This document shows, in pieces, positions 9,267 through 19,898 of a stretch of 64,000 bases of DNA. A model generated the notes under the pieces. It was not told where the DNA came from. It was given only the letters and a program-made list of their open reading frames with translations, and made no database searches. Made by a program: the position numbers and the translations under genes. How positions within the stretch are numbered: the first letter of the stretch is position 1; each line of letters opens with the position of its first letter. The stretch is from a virus: the IMG/VR virus record IMGVR_UViG_3300033802_000281; one strand, 5' to 3'.

Positions 9267-9509
9267 GTGGAAAAAGAGAAACTATTCGATTTGATGGACA
9301 GCAATCCCGATATTGTGAGGGAATGGATTCGAAACAATCTATTCATGGCTGATGAAGCCAAAAATTTTACCGGACAATCCTTGTATGGATTTAGACAATC
9401 TGTTGTTTTGAAATTGGTAAAACCATTTGTTATTTTTGGAGATAAGAAACAGACGTATTTATATCTGAAAAAGGATTTGCTTGAATATAAGAAAAATAAG
9501 CGAGGATGA
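9267..9509 (+). CDS. putative small DNA-binding (excisionase/MerR-like HTH) protein
   Basis: LFMADEAKNFTG...LVKP...YLYLKKDL pattern. Confidence 0.5.
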   Translation: MEKEKLFDLMDSNPDIVREWIRNNLFMADEAKNFTGQSLYGFRQSVVLKLVKPFVIFGDKKQTYLYLKKDLLEYKKNKRG

Positions 9510-9513
9510 AATA

Positions 9514-9918
9514 ATGGATATAAGAGAGTGGTTTAATTTAAAAAATGGCAACGAGAATGAATTTGAAAAATATATCGAGGAACTTCTTAATTTGTACAAG
9601 AGAGCATTATTTAAGTACTTTAGTATCACAGATTCTTTTTATAATATTACAGAATTTCTTAGATACATTGGAGATAAGATGTTAAGCACTGATCAAGAAT
9701 TATTCTTTCAATGGTTTAATAGAATCGGGCTACCGACAATTCAAAATGTATTTAATGAAACTATCTCATTCGACATCGACTTGATTGCTGAATTTGAATA
9801 TGAAATATATTATATGTCTGAATCAATCAATTCGGATGCAGACGATATAAGATCTATGCTTATTAATGTTGTTGTAGATTTACCTGACAGAATTTCAAGA
9901 GTGACAAAAGTAAAATAA
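9514..9918 (+). CDS. hypothetical protein
   Basis: in track ORF 9481-9918; SD GAGGA before ATG 9514. Confidence 0.6.
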   Translation: MDIREWFNLKNGNENEFEKYIEELLNLYKRALFKYFSITDSFYNITEFLRYIGDKMLSTDQELFFQWFNRIGLPTIQNVFNETISFDIDLIAEFEYEIYYMSESINSDADDIRSMLINVVVDLPDRISRVTKVK

Positions 9919-9996
9919 AAAAAATACTTGACACACAGTTAAATATAGTATATCTTTATAGATAGGAAAAGAAAATTATAAAAAGGAGAAGTAATA

Positions 9997-11004
9997 ATGA
10001 GCGCGGAAACGATGACGCTTCGTGAAAGAATCGAGAAAGAACGTATTGTAAAATCTACTGCACAACCTCGGACGCTGAAACAACTGGCTAGAAATCCAAA
10101 ATCTATTAATACGTCTCTTGCAATTCAGCGTAATTTGAGATGGGAAGAAGATCAAAAATCTGCATTGATTGAATCTGTGTTGCTCGGATATCCTATCCCT
10201 GCCGTGTATTCGATCAAATCCGACGACAACGTTACGTGGATTCTCGATGGGAAGCAACGGCTGACAACTTTTATTTCTTATTTGAATAACGAATGGGCGC
10301 TCGAAGAAATTCCTCCAGTATTTGGTGTTGATATTTCTGGCAAGAAGTTCTCTGAATTGCCGGAAGAATTTCAAGAAATTCTTGAAGATCACAATATTGT
10401 GTTTTATCAATTCGAACGCTTGACAACAGATCAACGCGATCAACTGTTTAAACGTTTGAATAGCGGAACGCCGCTTTCGAATATTGAATTGACGCGGAGT
10501 ATTTTGGGTACGGAATTGCTTGATTGGATTAACAACGTGGTTGGAAAGCCGTTCTTCCATCTTGTGCCGTTCACGGAAAAGCAAGTTGATAAATATGTAC
10601 ATCAAGAAGTTGTTCTTCAAATGATTGGAGTGATTAAGGAAAAGTTTGATTCTCTCGGTGGTAAAAAGCTTCAGGAACTTGCACTTGATTTGCGAATTAA
10701 TAGTGTGCCTGAAGAGCTTAAACAAACTATTGAAGATATTACTGATTTTCTTGGACAAGCATTTAAAGAATACGAAGAAAAAGATAGGAAAAAGATTCTC
10801 AAAAAGAATGACATCGTTGGACTTGTTGGCGCAGCAAAATATGCAATTGAAAATGGTATTGACGCAACGCAATTTGGTGAACGTACCGGATCTCTTATTC
10901 TGAAGCCGAGCGGTGCGTATAAGGCAACAAAGGGTGCTGGTACGGCTGGTGCAGACAAAGTACGGAAACGTATTGAAGTACTGATTGAAACTTTAATTCA
11001 ATAA
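9997..11004 (+). CDS. DUF262 (ParB/GmrS-like) domain protein
   Basis: QRNLRW...SALIESVLLGYPIP...LDGKQRLTT...FKRLNSGTPL. Confidence 0.85.
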   Translation: MSAETMTLRERIEKERIVKSTAQPRTLKQLARNPKSINTSLAIQRNLRWEEDQKSALIESVLLGYPIPAVYSIKSDDNVTWILDGKQRLTTFISYLNNEWALEEIPPVFGVDISGKKFSELPEEFQEILEDHNIVFYQFERLTTDQRDQLFKRLNSGTPLSNIELTRSILGTELLDWINNVVGKPFFHLVPFTEKQVDKYVHQEVVLQMIGVIKEKFDSLGGKKLQELALDLRINSVPEELKQTIEDITDFLGQAFKEYEEKDRKKILKKNDIVGLVGAAKYAIENGIDATQFGERTGSLILKPSGAYKATKGAGTAGADKVRKRIEVLIETLIQ

Positions 11005-11022
11005 ACAAGGAAGGGATCAGCT

Positions 11023-11301
11023 ATGATGGAAGTGCAAAAAAACATTATTTCTCTGGAAGATCCGTCGGAAGAAGAAATTGAAGCAACAATCGGTATGTTG
11101 AATGATTGGCAAGAAGATATAATTAGCCAACAACAAAGGTTAATGTATGAATTGTCTATTCCATTTGAATTTGCTTGTGCAATTCTATATTTAAGAACAA
11201 GGAGTTATTGGAGTCAACAACTTGAAGAAAAGTTAATTCAGATGGGGAGAAATGGCGAAAAATTACCGGAAGGTTTTTACGGTGGAGATTGGAAAATTTA
11301 A
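11023..11301 (+). CDS. hypothetical protein
   Basis: ORF; SD AAGGAAGG. Confidence 0.7.
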   Translation: MMEVQKNIISLEDPSEEEIEATIGMLNDWQEDIISQQQRLMYELSIPFEFACAILYLRTRSYWSQQLEEKLIQMGRNGEKLPEGFYGGDWKI

Positions 11302-11315
11302 TGATTGATAAACAT

Positions 11316-11357
11316 GCTGTCGCATACTCGTGTCTTTAGATATGAGTATGCGACAGC
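11316..11357. other. 19-bp hairpin with TTTA loop, possibly an isolated IS200/IS605 end
   Basis: GCTGTCGCATACTC/GAGTATGCGACAGC perfect 14 bp plus 5 more pairs including G:T. Confidence 0.5.
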
Positions 11358-11547
11358 GCAAATACATATGTTATTGCAAATATACGTAAATTACCTTATA
11401 AATATTAACTTGTCTCTAATACATATGTTATATTTTATATAGGTGAAAAATATGGAAATTAAACTTAAGAGAATGGATTTGTCCTAATTGTGGAGAACAT
11501 CATCTCTTTTCAAAAAAATAAAAAATAAAAAGGTGGGAATTATAAAA

Positions 11548-11766
11548 ATGCTTCTTGAAACGCATAGATACATAAATGAAGAAAATAGAGAAGATTTGAC
11601 ATTTAAGTTTTATAGTGATAACACAATATCAATTTATGATAATAACAATGAAGAATATTTGCGTCCGAAAAATTTGTCTAAAATGGCGTATGCTTTTTAT
11701 GCGCTTAAAAGAATTGATTATATAAAGAATTATGTTTTGAAAATGAAAAATGATAAAACAGCTTAA
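11548..11766 (+). CDS. hypothetical protein
   Basis: in track ORF 11488-11766; SD AGGTGG. Confidence 0.6.
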   Translation: MLLETHRYINEENREDLTFKFYSDNTISIYDNNNEEYLRPKNLSKMAYAFYALKRIDYIKNYVLKMKNDKTA

Positions 11767-12220
11767 ACGTGTATAAAAAGTGAGTAACAATGAGAAAATA
11801 TCCTATTGATGCTATATGTGTCTTGCATCCGAAAAAAAGGATGTAGCAGAGGAATTTTTATTAAGGAAGTTAAAAAGCATGAAGTCGATAGGGTAATTGA
11901 GTATTTGAAGAAAGCTAGAGATCACAATCATGAACGTTTTAGCAGATTATAAGAAAGATCCAAAATTACATCCGTTAAAAATTCAAAAGAATTAATTTCT
12001 TCTAAAGTAAAATCAATAGTACTTTGGAAGCAGTCTCATCTTGATCCTAAAAGTATTGTTTGGTCTGATGATAATGGGGAAACGTGGAATGAACCGCCAT
12101 CGATGGATACAGGAAAATGGCGGCAAATAACTATTAAGGAAGATGGAAGTATATCAAATAAAACTCTTTTTATTAAAAACAAATTAGTCGAGTTAATAAC
12201 AAAGATAAGAGGTGTTATAC

Positions 12221-12589
12221 ATGGATCGAAAGAAAGTTACCCTTCCCCGCGAAGTGGCGGAGGCGTTGGAGAAAGAGAGGGGAGCGCTACCCGATAACGC
12301 CTATATCCTCTGGAAATCAAGCCGAGACGATGCAAAGGAGCGGAAGTATTTTTCAATCCTGCACGAATTCGTAAATCAAAAGGACAACATCTTCAAGCTT
12401 GCCGACGCCCTCCGCTACGGCTACGAGGTTGAGCCGGAGCCGATCACGGTCACCATCACGCCGGAGATGCAGAAACAAATCAGAACGTGGTATGAAGGGC
12501 ATCAAGAAGACGCTGACAGTCATTTTCGAATTGGTTTCGTGACCGCTCTCGGATTATGCAACATAAAAATCAGCGGGGTGAATGAGTGA
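12221..12589 (+). CDS. hypothetical phage protein (GC-richer)
   Basis: track ORF 12212-12589; SD GAGGTG. Confidence 0.7.
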   Translation: MDRKKVTLPREVAEALEKERGALPDNAYILWKSSRDDAKERKYFSILHEFVNQKDNIFKLADALRYGYEVEPEPITVTITPEMQKQIRTWYEGHQEDADSHFRIGFVTALGLCNIKISGVNE

Positions 12590-12903
12590 TAATAACACGA
12601 ACATTACAATGTAAATTATGAAGGAGTAAAAAAATGTTTAAAAAGATGTCCAATTGGTATAGAAAATTGACAATACATTGCATGTTCTTTAGAATTTTTA
12701 GCTCTGTTCCTTCTTTAGCAATTGAAACATGGATTTGGAAAAAATAATGGGAACATTTTTTTGCTGGTTATAACAATTACTTTCATTGCGATGATTTTAA
12801 GTATTATATTGTTTAAAGATATAAGAGAAAACTGATGGCCTACTGATTTTATAGTGCGTCATCTATATAATGATAGGATATATAAAAATATTCGCATACG
12901 AAA

Positions 12904-14325
12904 ATGGCGGTAGATCCTATGCTAACAGTAAGTGATGTTGCTAAGCAACTTAAGGTAACAGAACAATATGTAAGAACTTTATTACGCAAAGGCGAGTTAC
13001 AGGCCGAAATGGTCGGCAAACAATGGATTATACAGCCTGAGGCTGTCGAGAAATATATCAAAGACAATAATATCGTGATAGAGCCTGATGACCGTCCAAA
13101 TAAAAGCGGTAAATTGCCTGATATAATTGCCCTCAGCTTCTTTTCCGGGGCTATGGGTCTTGACATTGGTCTAAGAAAAGGTGGGATTGAGCCTATACTC
13201 GCCTGTGAAATCGAAAAGCACTGTCGTATGACTATATCAGCCAATAATCCCGATATAGCACTTATAGGCGATATAAACAAATACTCTGCAGATAAAATAC
13301 TTGAATTTGCTGGCATACCAAAAGGCAGAAAAGTTGATGTTATAGTTGGTGGACCACCTTGTCAGGCATTTTCATCTGCAGGCGCTCGTAGAGGACTGTA
13401 CGACGAAAGAGGAAACGTGTTTTTAACATTCATTGACCGTATAGTTGAAATACAACCTACATACGCAGTAATCGAAAACGTAAGGGGTCTGTTGTCGTCT
13501 GAATTCCCATACTCAGATGAATTAACTCTTGAAGAATGTATTGAGGCAGGAATTGAGCCGATAAAAGGCGGAGCACTACTTCACATCCTCAGACGACTTC
13601 GTGAAGTAGGTTACAGTATATCCTTTGAACTTTATAACGCCGCAAATTTTGGAACTCCTCAGATACGTGAGCGTCTCATAATGATTGCATATCATGGTGA
13701 TGAGAAAGTAGGATACCTTACACCTACCCACTCAGAAAATGGCGAATATGGACTGCCTAAGTGGAATACTTTAAGGTCGGCTCTAAATCAGCTACTTACA
13801 GATGTTGAGCATCATTACGTTGAGTTCCCGGAAAAACGGCTAAAATACTATCGTATGCTAACAGAAGGACAAAACTGGCGTGACTTGCCAGAGGATGTAC
13901 AAAAAGAAGCTATGGGCAAGTCCTACTACCTTGGTGGTGGAAAAACTGGCTTCTTACGTCGGCTTGCTTTTGATAAGCCATCACCTACACTTGTCACACA
14001 TCCTGCTATGCCTGCTACTGATTTATGCCATCCCGTAGAGGATAGACCGCTGAGCGTCGAAGAATATAAGGTCATTCAGGGATTTCCACTTGACTGGAAG
14101 ATATGTGGCTCAATACTTGAACAATACAAACAGATTGGTAATGCCGTGCCAATAAAACTGGGCGAAGCTATTGCTAAGAAAATATTAGACCATATGAACG
14201 GCAAACAGATAGAAATACCCGTAGGCTTTAGATTTTCAAGGTATATCAATACTGACGAGGTTTCATGGGAGAAAGAAACACGTAAAAGACTAACCCTTAA
14301 GTTAGAGCAGTTATCCTTAGTATAA
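12904..14325 (+). CDS. DNA (cytosine-5)-methyltransferase with N-terminal excisionase-like HTH domain
   Basis: motifs FFSGAMG, GGPPCQAFS, ENVRG, QIRER, QIGNAVP; N-term LTVSDVAKQLKVT HTH; no cognate endonuclease adjacent. Confidence 0.95.
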   Translation: MAVDPMLTVSDVAKQLKVTEQYVRTLLRKGELQAEMVGKQWIIQPEAVEKYIKDNNIVIEPDDRPNKSGKLPDIIALSFFSGAMGLDIGLRKGGIEPILACEIEKHCRMTISANNPDIALIGDINKYSADKILEFAGIPKGRKVDVIVGGPPCQAFSSAGARRGLYDERGNVFLTFIDRIVEIQPTYAVIENVRGLLSSEFPYSDELTLEECIEAGIEPIKGGALLHILRRLREVGYSISFELYNAANFGTPQIRERLIMIAYHGDEKVGYLTPTHSENGEYGLPKWNTLRSALNQLLTDVEHHYVEFPEKRLKYYRMLTEGQNWRDLPEDVQKEAMGKSYYLGGGKTGFLRRLAFDKPSPTLVTHPAMPATDLCHPVEDRPLSVEEYKVIQGFPLDWKICGSILEQYKQIGNAVPIKLGEAIAKKILDHMNGKQIEIPVGFRFSRYINTDEVSWEKETRKRLTLKLEQLSLV

Positions 14326-14329
14326 GACA

Positions 14330-14397
14330 AAAGATCACTGTTTTGATAGTAGAAGAATTTGGAGACTTACTTCTGTTTGGTATGATAGCAATCCTGT
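14330..14397 (+). pseudogene. 68-bp fragment paralogous to 24964-25031 of CDS 24805-25242
   Basis: 63/68 identical by manual alignment. Confidence 0.85.
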
Positions 14398-15213
14398 GCA
14401 ATTTTAAGGAGACATAGACAAATGAATAAGAAAATAGTAAAATATGCTATCAAATTAACTGATGGAAAATATGCATGGTGTTGTTATGATTATGGTGAAG
14501 CATATGCTGAGGTTTATTCAACTGATATATTGAAGAAGCTGACTTGTGGAATAATAAAGAAGAAATATATGAGGAATTTGAAACAATGAAAAAAGGTGTA
14601 AATGATAAACATAAATACAAGTATGATTTTAAAAATAGTGAGATTAGACCATTAAAAGTTGTATGTGTAAATATTGAGTATGAAGTGATAGAAGAATAAC
14701 TTTATAAAATCTGCATTTCATAAAGTGATAACAGAAGAAAAAGTTTTTAATTATTTTAATATTCTATCTTGCAGAGAAGAAGGTGAATGGTATGTTGGAG
14801 AAGCGATAAAGGTAGAAGTTGTAGTTAAATATCTTCAAGAAAGAAAATAAGAGTTTAAAAAATAATAGGAAGTGATTTAATGGGGAAATTATTTGTAATT
14901 GTTCTTATTCTGTGGATATATATACTTAATAAAATTTCAAAAACATTATCGAATAGAAATAAAGAATAATAGTAAAGAGAGGATTTAGGATTAAAGTTCA
15001 ATTAATGTATTAGACAAGTTTAGTAGACAATTTGAACTAAATTCTGATGAAAGAAGGGAGAAGACTTGTATATGAGTTAACTGATTCATTAGTTAATCAC
15101 ATTGCATGTATGGAGGTAAAACAGAATGGCTGAAACGATGGCTCCTCAACGGGTAAAAATGAAGAATCTAATTAAAGAGATTGCTAATAAATATCGATAA
15201 AGGAGTGTTGTAT

Positions 15214-15504
15214 ATGAGACAAATTTATAATTATCACGGTGTAAAATGTATAATTAAAAAAGATCGTTATGGTAATAACGGACGAACAGCGCTTATCCTC
15301 GAAGATGAAGACGGGCATATTGTAACAGTAGCAACGGTAAACGTGCCAGAAGAAAAACTTGCCGAAAACGAAGTGATTATAAAGGATTATTCAGAAAACA
15401 AGGGGATGCTTGATTGGCTTATCAAAAATGAGATTGTAGAATACACTGGACGGTATGTTACAACTGGTTTTGTAATGTGTCCAATTTGTGTGTTGAAAAT
15501 TTAA
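15214..15504 (+). CDS. hypothetical protein (DUF4313-like)
   Basis: GMLDWLIKNEIVEYTGRYVTTGF pattern; SD AAGGAG. Confidence 0.55.
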   Translation: MRQIYNYHGVKCIIKKDRYGNNGRTALILEDEDGHIVTVATVNVPEEKLAENEVIIKDYSENKGMLDWLIKNEIVEYTGRYVTTGFVMCPICVLKI

Positions 15505-15523
15505 TAAAGAGGGATTATGTGAA

Positions 15524-15844
15524 ATGAAGGCGGTTGATTTAACTCCATTTGGAAGATTTAATAGAAAGTTGCGTATTGACCACGATGAAAAATTGAAGGA
15601 GATGGCACAAAAACTTGGTGTAACAGCATCGTTTTTGTCGGCTGTTGAAATTGGGCATAGAAACATTCCCAAAAGTTGGGGCGAAAAAATATCAAAAATA
15701 TATGATTTAAATGACGAACAAAAACAAATATTGAATAATTCAATTCTTCGGTCAAAGAAGGTAATTAAAATAAACTTAAATGTTATTGAGGAAGAAGATA
15801 AGAATACAATTTTTAAAATTCTAAAGAAATACAATATGCAATGA
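15524..15844 (+). CDS. XRE-family HTH transcriptional regulator
   Basis: LKEMAQKLGVTASFLSAVEIGHRNIP. Confidence 0.85.
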   Translation: MKAVDLTPFGRFNRKLRIDHDEKLKEMAQKLGVTASFLSAVEIGHRNIPKSWGEKISKIYDLNDEQKQILNNSILRSKKVIKINLNVIEEEDKNTIFKILKKYNMQ

Positions 15845-15892
15845 AAGGATTTCTTTTATTTGATTCCAAAAAAAGAAAAAGGGATTGATCTT

Positions 15893-16300
15893 ATGGGGAG
15901 AAATAAATATACCAGAAGATATTTATTGATTTCCACAAAGGGCTTAAAAGAACAAATGGCCTCTTCCGAAAAAGAAGCAGTAGAGGTATTCAAACATACG
16001 TATCCAGATGCAAAAAAAGTTAAAGTTATTGCGTTTTATACAGGAAACGGTTGGTATTATAAAATGCCCTCTATGGCTAAGGACAAAATGTATAAGGAGG
16101 TTAAAACAGAAAAAGTATATTCTGCTTTTCAAGAAGGAATAAAAGGTTATTTGGATTTATGGCTAGAACAAAAGAAGCGAGATGAAATTCATGAATCAAG
16201 TAGCGATTATCTTATGCCTATAATTCCAAGTGCAGAAGAGTTAATTGAAATAGGATCGTCTTATTTTGAAGATGACGAAGATTATATTAGGATAAAATGA
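15893..16300 (+). CDS. hypothetical protein
   Basis: in track ORF 15860-16300. Confidence 0.6.
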   Translation: MGRNKYTRRYLLISTKGLKEQMASSEKEAVEVFKHTYPDAKKVKVIAFYTGNGWYYKMPSMAKDKMYKEVKTEKVYSAFQEGIKGYLDLWLEQKKRDEIHESSSDYLMPIIPSAEELIEIGSSYFEDDEDYIRIK

Positions 16301-16334
16301 ATATTTTAACAACATTCAAAGGGAGGAAATAAAA

Positions 16335-16541
16335 ATGAATTATGCTGAAATGAATCAATTGTTGATTGAGAAAAGGCCAATGGTAAAAGGAATCAAGGAT
16401 TTAAATAGTGGAAAATTTTATGACACAGGAGAAAATCCTTTCATGGATATGCAGATTGATAATTGCCTTTTATGGAGAAAAGAATACGGTAACAATTGGT
16501 TTGGTTTTATAAGAAGCAACTACGAATTAATAATGAAATAA
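16335..16541 (+). CDS. hypothetical protein
   Basis: SD GGGAGG. Confidence 0.7.
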   Translation: MNYAEMNQLLIEKRPMVKGIKDLNSGKFYDTGENPFMDMQIDNCLLWRKEYGNNWFGFIRSNYELIMK

Positions 16542-16712
16542 AAGGATTCTTTGATCGGAGGATAAAAAATTGGAACGATGGATGTTGGATGATAGTTCTT
16601 ATCGGGAGTTATCTGAAGAGTTAGAGAAGGCGAAAAATATTGAAGAAATTAAAGTTGTGATTCAGTCACTTTTGTCTAAGTTGAATTGCACATAACTATT
16701 TGATTTGAAAGA

Positions 16713-16967
16713 TTGAAAGACAATAAAAGAAGTAATTTATTGGATGAATGGAGGGCAAACATAATGCAAAGAGATGAACAAATCAGAATTATTAAAGATG
16801 TATATTGGGAAGATTGGGGGAGATATGTCAAAGTATTTGAAGCAGGAGAAATTATTAGAGCAAAAGTTTATTATGAAAACGGAGAAATTGAGTCGGCAAG
16901 TGCAAGATCGGAATTTTATGATGTTTCGGATATCATTTATCCTGAATATTTTGAGGTAATAAAATAA
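16713..16967 (+). CDS. hypothetical protein
   Basis: ORF; start uncertain (ATG 16763 has SD GGAGGG). Confidence 0.55.
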   Translation: MKDNKRSNLLDEWRANIMQRDEQIRIIKDVYWEDWGRYVKVFEAGEIIRAKVYYENGEIESASARSEFYDVSDIIYPEYFEVIK

Positions 16968-16998
16968 GTCTTTGATAAGGAAACAGAGGAATAAAAAA

Positions 16999-17262
16999 AT
17001 GTATGGTAAATGGGTTACAGTAAACCTAGGTGAAGGTATTGAATGCAAGGTGTTTGTTCTCTGCACTCCTACTACACCAGATGATGTATTGCAACGATTG
17101 GCAATTAATACTCTTAGAAGTCGTTTGCCAGAAAAGAAAACAGGATTAGCGGCAGGAATGGAAGCAATTAGTATTATCTCTGATTGGGAATGTTCGCAAG
17201 GTCGTGGAGCCAGATTTGAAGCTGAAAAAGAACTTGAACGTCTGATTGCAAAATTACAATAA
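16999..17262 (+). CDS. hypothetical protein
   Basis: SD GAGGA; in track ORF 16972-17262. Confidence 0.65.
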   Translation: MYGKWVTVNLGEGIECKVFVLCTPTTPDDVLQRLAINTLRSRLPEKKTGLAAGMEAISIISDWECSQGRGARFEAEKELERLIAKLQ

Positions 17263-17298
17263 AAAAGCAATTTCATTCTATAGCAGGAGGAAGGTAAA

Positions 17299-17496
17299 TT
17301 GTTTAAACCTAATGATGAAGTAATAAATAAATACACAAAAGAACGAGCAATTGTTAGTTATTTAAACGATGAAGAGATTATGACAGTAAGATTTAGAAAC
17401 AAAAAATTTACAAAAGGGAATCTTGAAGGATTTTATACTCAAGTGTTAATAAAGAATTTTGAATTATACCAATCAATAAAGGAAAAACTAACATGA
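17299..17496 (+). CDS. hypothetical protein
   Basis: TTG start; SD GGAGGAAGG. Confidence 0.65.
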   Translation: MFKPNDEVINKYTKERAIVSYLNDEEIMTVRFRNKKFTKGNLEGFYTQVLIKNFELYQSIKEKLT

Positions 17497-17771
17497 ATGA
17501 TCGAATTAATTATTTAAAATCAATTGTAAATAAAAATAAACGAAATTTAAAACACTATAAAAGTTATATAGAATTGCTAACATTGATAGATAGTGATTTT
17601 GATTTACAATCCGCATATGAACAAGTATTAACCGAATTGGCGGTTGCTCCATACGACAATTCATTAAATGATATTTCGATTGTAAAACAAGCATATCAAG
17701 AATTAGTTGAGCAAATAAAATATAAAAAGCAGATTTTATCTTCTGAAGGCAATAACAGTGAATTACCCTAA
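17493..17771 (+). CDS. hypothetical protein
   Basis: ATGA overlap with previous gene. Confidence 0.6.
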   Translation: MNDRINYLKSIVNKNKRNLKHYKSYIELLTLIDSDFDLQSAYEQVLTELAVAPYDNSLNDISIVKQAYQELVEQIKYKKQILSSEGNNSELP

Positions 17772-18085
17772 ATGCTTTCATTGTGGATCGCCAGTTGCAT
17801 TGGAATCAGAAGAAGATATTGAAGGTTTTAAACATGGCATTGTTCCAATGTGGAATTAGCATTTATAACAATAACAGCAACGAATATTGCCGGTGGATTT
17901 GTCAAAAGAAGCGTATGCTTTTTAATTAAAGCGAATCGAATATAATAAAAACAAGAAGGTGATTGCATGAAACAGGAATTGTTAGAACAAATTAAAGAGT
18001 GGTGTAGACAACAAGATATTCTTGAAGAAATGATTGAAGAAGCATACCGACGAATTGATGAATTAACGGAAGAAGATGTAGCGTA

Positions 18086-18355
18086 ATGGTGACTGTTAAA
18101 GATTTAAAAGAATACAATATGCGGAAGTTGATTAATCAAATAACTGAACGGTTTGCAATATTGGAAAATAACTTGAATCAGCCAGAAAAGAACCATTCGC
18201 GTTACGATAAAGAAAATCTATATAATTGGCTTTATGTACAATTGTCAAAAGACGCATTAAAGGAATGGGTAACACCGACACAATATAAAAAAGTAATGAA
18301 ACATTTGGGTTCTGTTTATAATAGTCATGTTGAAAAATTGCAGGATAATATTTAG
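18086..18355 (+). CDS. hypothetical protein
   Basis: ORF track. Confidence 0.55.
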   Translation: MVTVKDLKEYNMRKLINQITERFAILENNLNQPEKNHSRYDKENLYNWLYVQLSKDALKEWVTPTQYKKVMKHLGSVYNSHVEKLQDNI

Positions 18356-18395
18356 CCAACGAAATTTGTGTTTGATTGGAAAGGAGAATGAAAAA

Positions 18396-18839
18396 ATGTT
18401 TATAAATACATGGAGCGAAAGAAGTTCTTTTCTGGCGGATCTAATTATCGAAACAGTAAACAATTATACAACTAAAAACAATATTGAATACAATGCATTT
18501 TATACTTTTAGTGGATTCAATGATCGTGTTATAATTGCACCAACGCTAAAAGATTTGCCAGATTATTTTATGATAAGTTTTATTATAGGTTGGGCTTATG
18601 CTGATGCGGAATTAGCCGTTGTACATCGTTTTGATAATGACACACAATATGAATATGTGACAGATAAGTATTTGGAATTTGATAATACAACAGTAGAATT
18701 GCTAGATGGTCGTCAAACAGATTATCTATTAGAAAACAAAATAAAATATTATTCGTGTCCATTTGATGAAAAACATGAAGAAATCATTAAAGATATTTTA
18801 GAATGTATTGATAAATTACCTACTTTTAATTCTGTATAA
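18396..18839 (+). CDS. hypothetical protein
   Basis: SD AAGGAG; in track ORF 18327-18839. Confidence 0.65.
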   Translation: MFINTWSERSSFLADLIIETVNNYTTKNNIEYNAFYTFSGFNDRVIIAPTLKDLPDYFMISFIIGWAYADAELAVVHRFDNDTQYEYVTDKYLEFDNTTVELLDGRQTDYLLENKIKYYSCPFDEKHEEIIKDILECIDKLPTFNSV

Positions 18840-18874
18840 AACTCGTCTTTTATTACCAATTAAGGAGATTTTGT

Positions 18875-19159
18875 ATGAATATTAATGATCCAGAATTCTA
18901 TAAATTTCGGCAATACGTTGGAGTCTGGCAATGTTTAGATGGTTATAACCATATTGGAGTAAATCATAAAGTTTGTGGTGGAGAACCTACAATTATTGGT
19001 ACACGAATTAAACCCGAGAATATTTATAACTACGGAACTGTAAAAGAAATTATGGAGGATTTCGATTTAACTGAGGATGAAGTAAGGGAAGCTATCCTGT
19101 ACGTTGAGAGTAAACAAAATTCGTATTTGATTAGAAAAGGAGAATACAAAAATGAATGA
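18875..19159 (+). CDS. DUF433 domain protein
   Basis: VCGGEPTIIGTRI...IMEDFDLTEDEVREAILY. Confidence 0.75.
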   Translation: MNINDPEFYKFRQYVGVWQCLDGYNHIGVNHKVCGGEPTIIGTRIKPENIYNYGTVKEIMEDFDLTEDEVREAILYVESKQNSYLIRKGEYKNE

Positions 19160-19871
19160 ATTGATGAACAGAGGACTTCCTAAATGGCCTCAAATGATTG
19201 TTACTGGCAAACAAATCTCCGAAGATCTAGCGCTGGAGATTATTCGCAGGACAGATCGTTTTTTCATCTACCAAGGTGGGAACAATCATGATTTTATTGA
19301 AAAAGCCAAAGTAGCGCTTAGAATGCCCCTATCAAATGATTTTCGAGAACAATGGGATTTGGAACGCCAATATAGAAAAAAATGGGGTTATATTGAAACT
19401 GAATATGTAACTAATGAATGGATCAGTTGTAGTTGGATTGGCGGAACTCATGGTTGGTGTCATCCAAATGGAATAATTGAATTCTATGATAACGTAGGAA
19501 AGTGGCCTAGTATACAAGAAGTGTACGACGACTGGGTTAAAATCGCAGCCGCATTCCCATTCTTGGATATCGGAGTCACATTGATGAGTGGAGAGGCAAG
19601 CGAAGAAGAAACGAATCCCGTTGTTTCTATGAGGATTAGCAATGGTATTGTTGAATTGATAGATCCAACTCAAAAAGATGTTCACAAGGAGCATATCAAC
19701 AACTTCAAAAAAGATGGATACATTGAAAGATTAGTGCAAAACGGATTCCTTACAAATCAGTATTATACTTTCGATGGAAGAAGTAGAGAGAACGCAATTC
19801 CTCTTTCTACGTTGGAAGCATGGGGTAAGAAAATTTTTGGCGATGAGAATGTAAAATTCGTTTCTCAATGA
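19152..19871 (+). CDS. conserved hypothetical phage protein
   Basis: 239 aa ORF; SD AAGGAG. Confidence 0.75.
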   Translation: MNELMNRGLPKWPQMIVTGKQISEDLALEIIRRTDRFFIYQGGNNHDFIEKAKVALRMPLSNDFREQWDLERQYRKKWGYIETEYVTNEWISCSWIGGTHGWCHPNGIIEFYDNVGKWPSIQEVYDDWVKIAAAFPFLDIGVTLMSGEASEEETNPVVSMRISNGIVELIDPTQKDVHKEHINNFKKDGYIERLVQNGFLTNQYYTFDGRSRENAIPLSTLEAWGKKIFGDENVKFVSQ

Positions 19872-19898
19872 AATCCGCATTTAATTGGGAGTGGTAAT

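Noticed and set aside
9976-10872. 298-aa minus-strand ORF and similar antisense ORFs (e.g. 12849-13316, 3076-3480)
   Set aside because: Shadows of well-supported plus-strand genes
12904-14325. Complete restriction-modification system
   Set aside because: No endonuclease gene adjacent to this or any other MTase
14400-15200. Genes in the AT-rich gaps (also 22740-23400 and 28080-28700)
   Set aside because: Only short, interrupted frames; probably decayed cassettes, no supportable call
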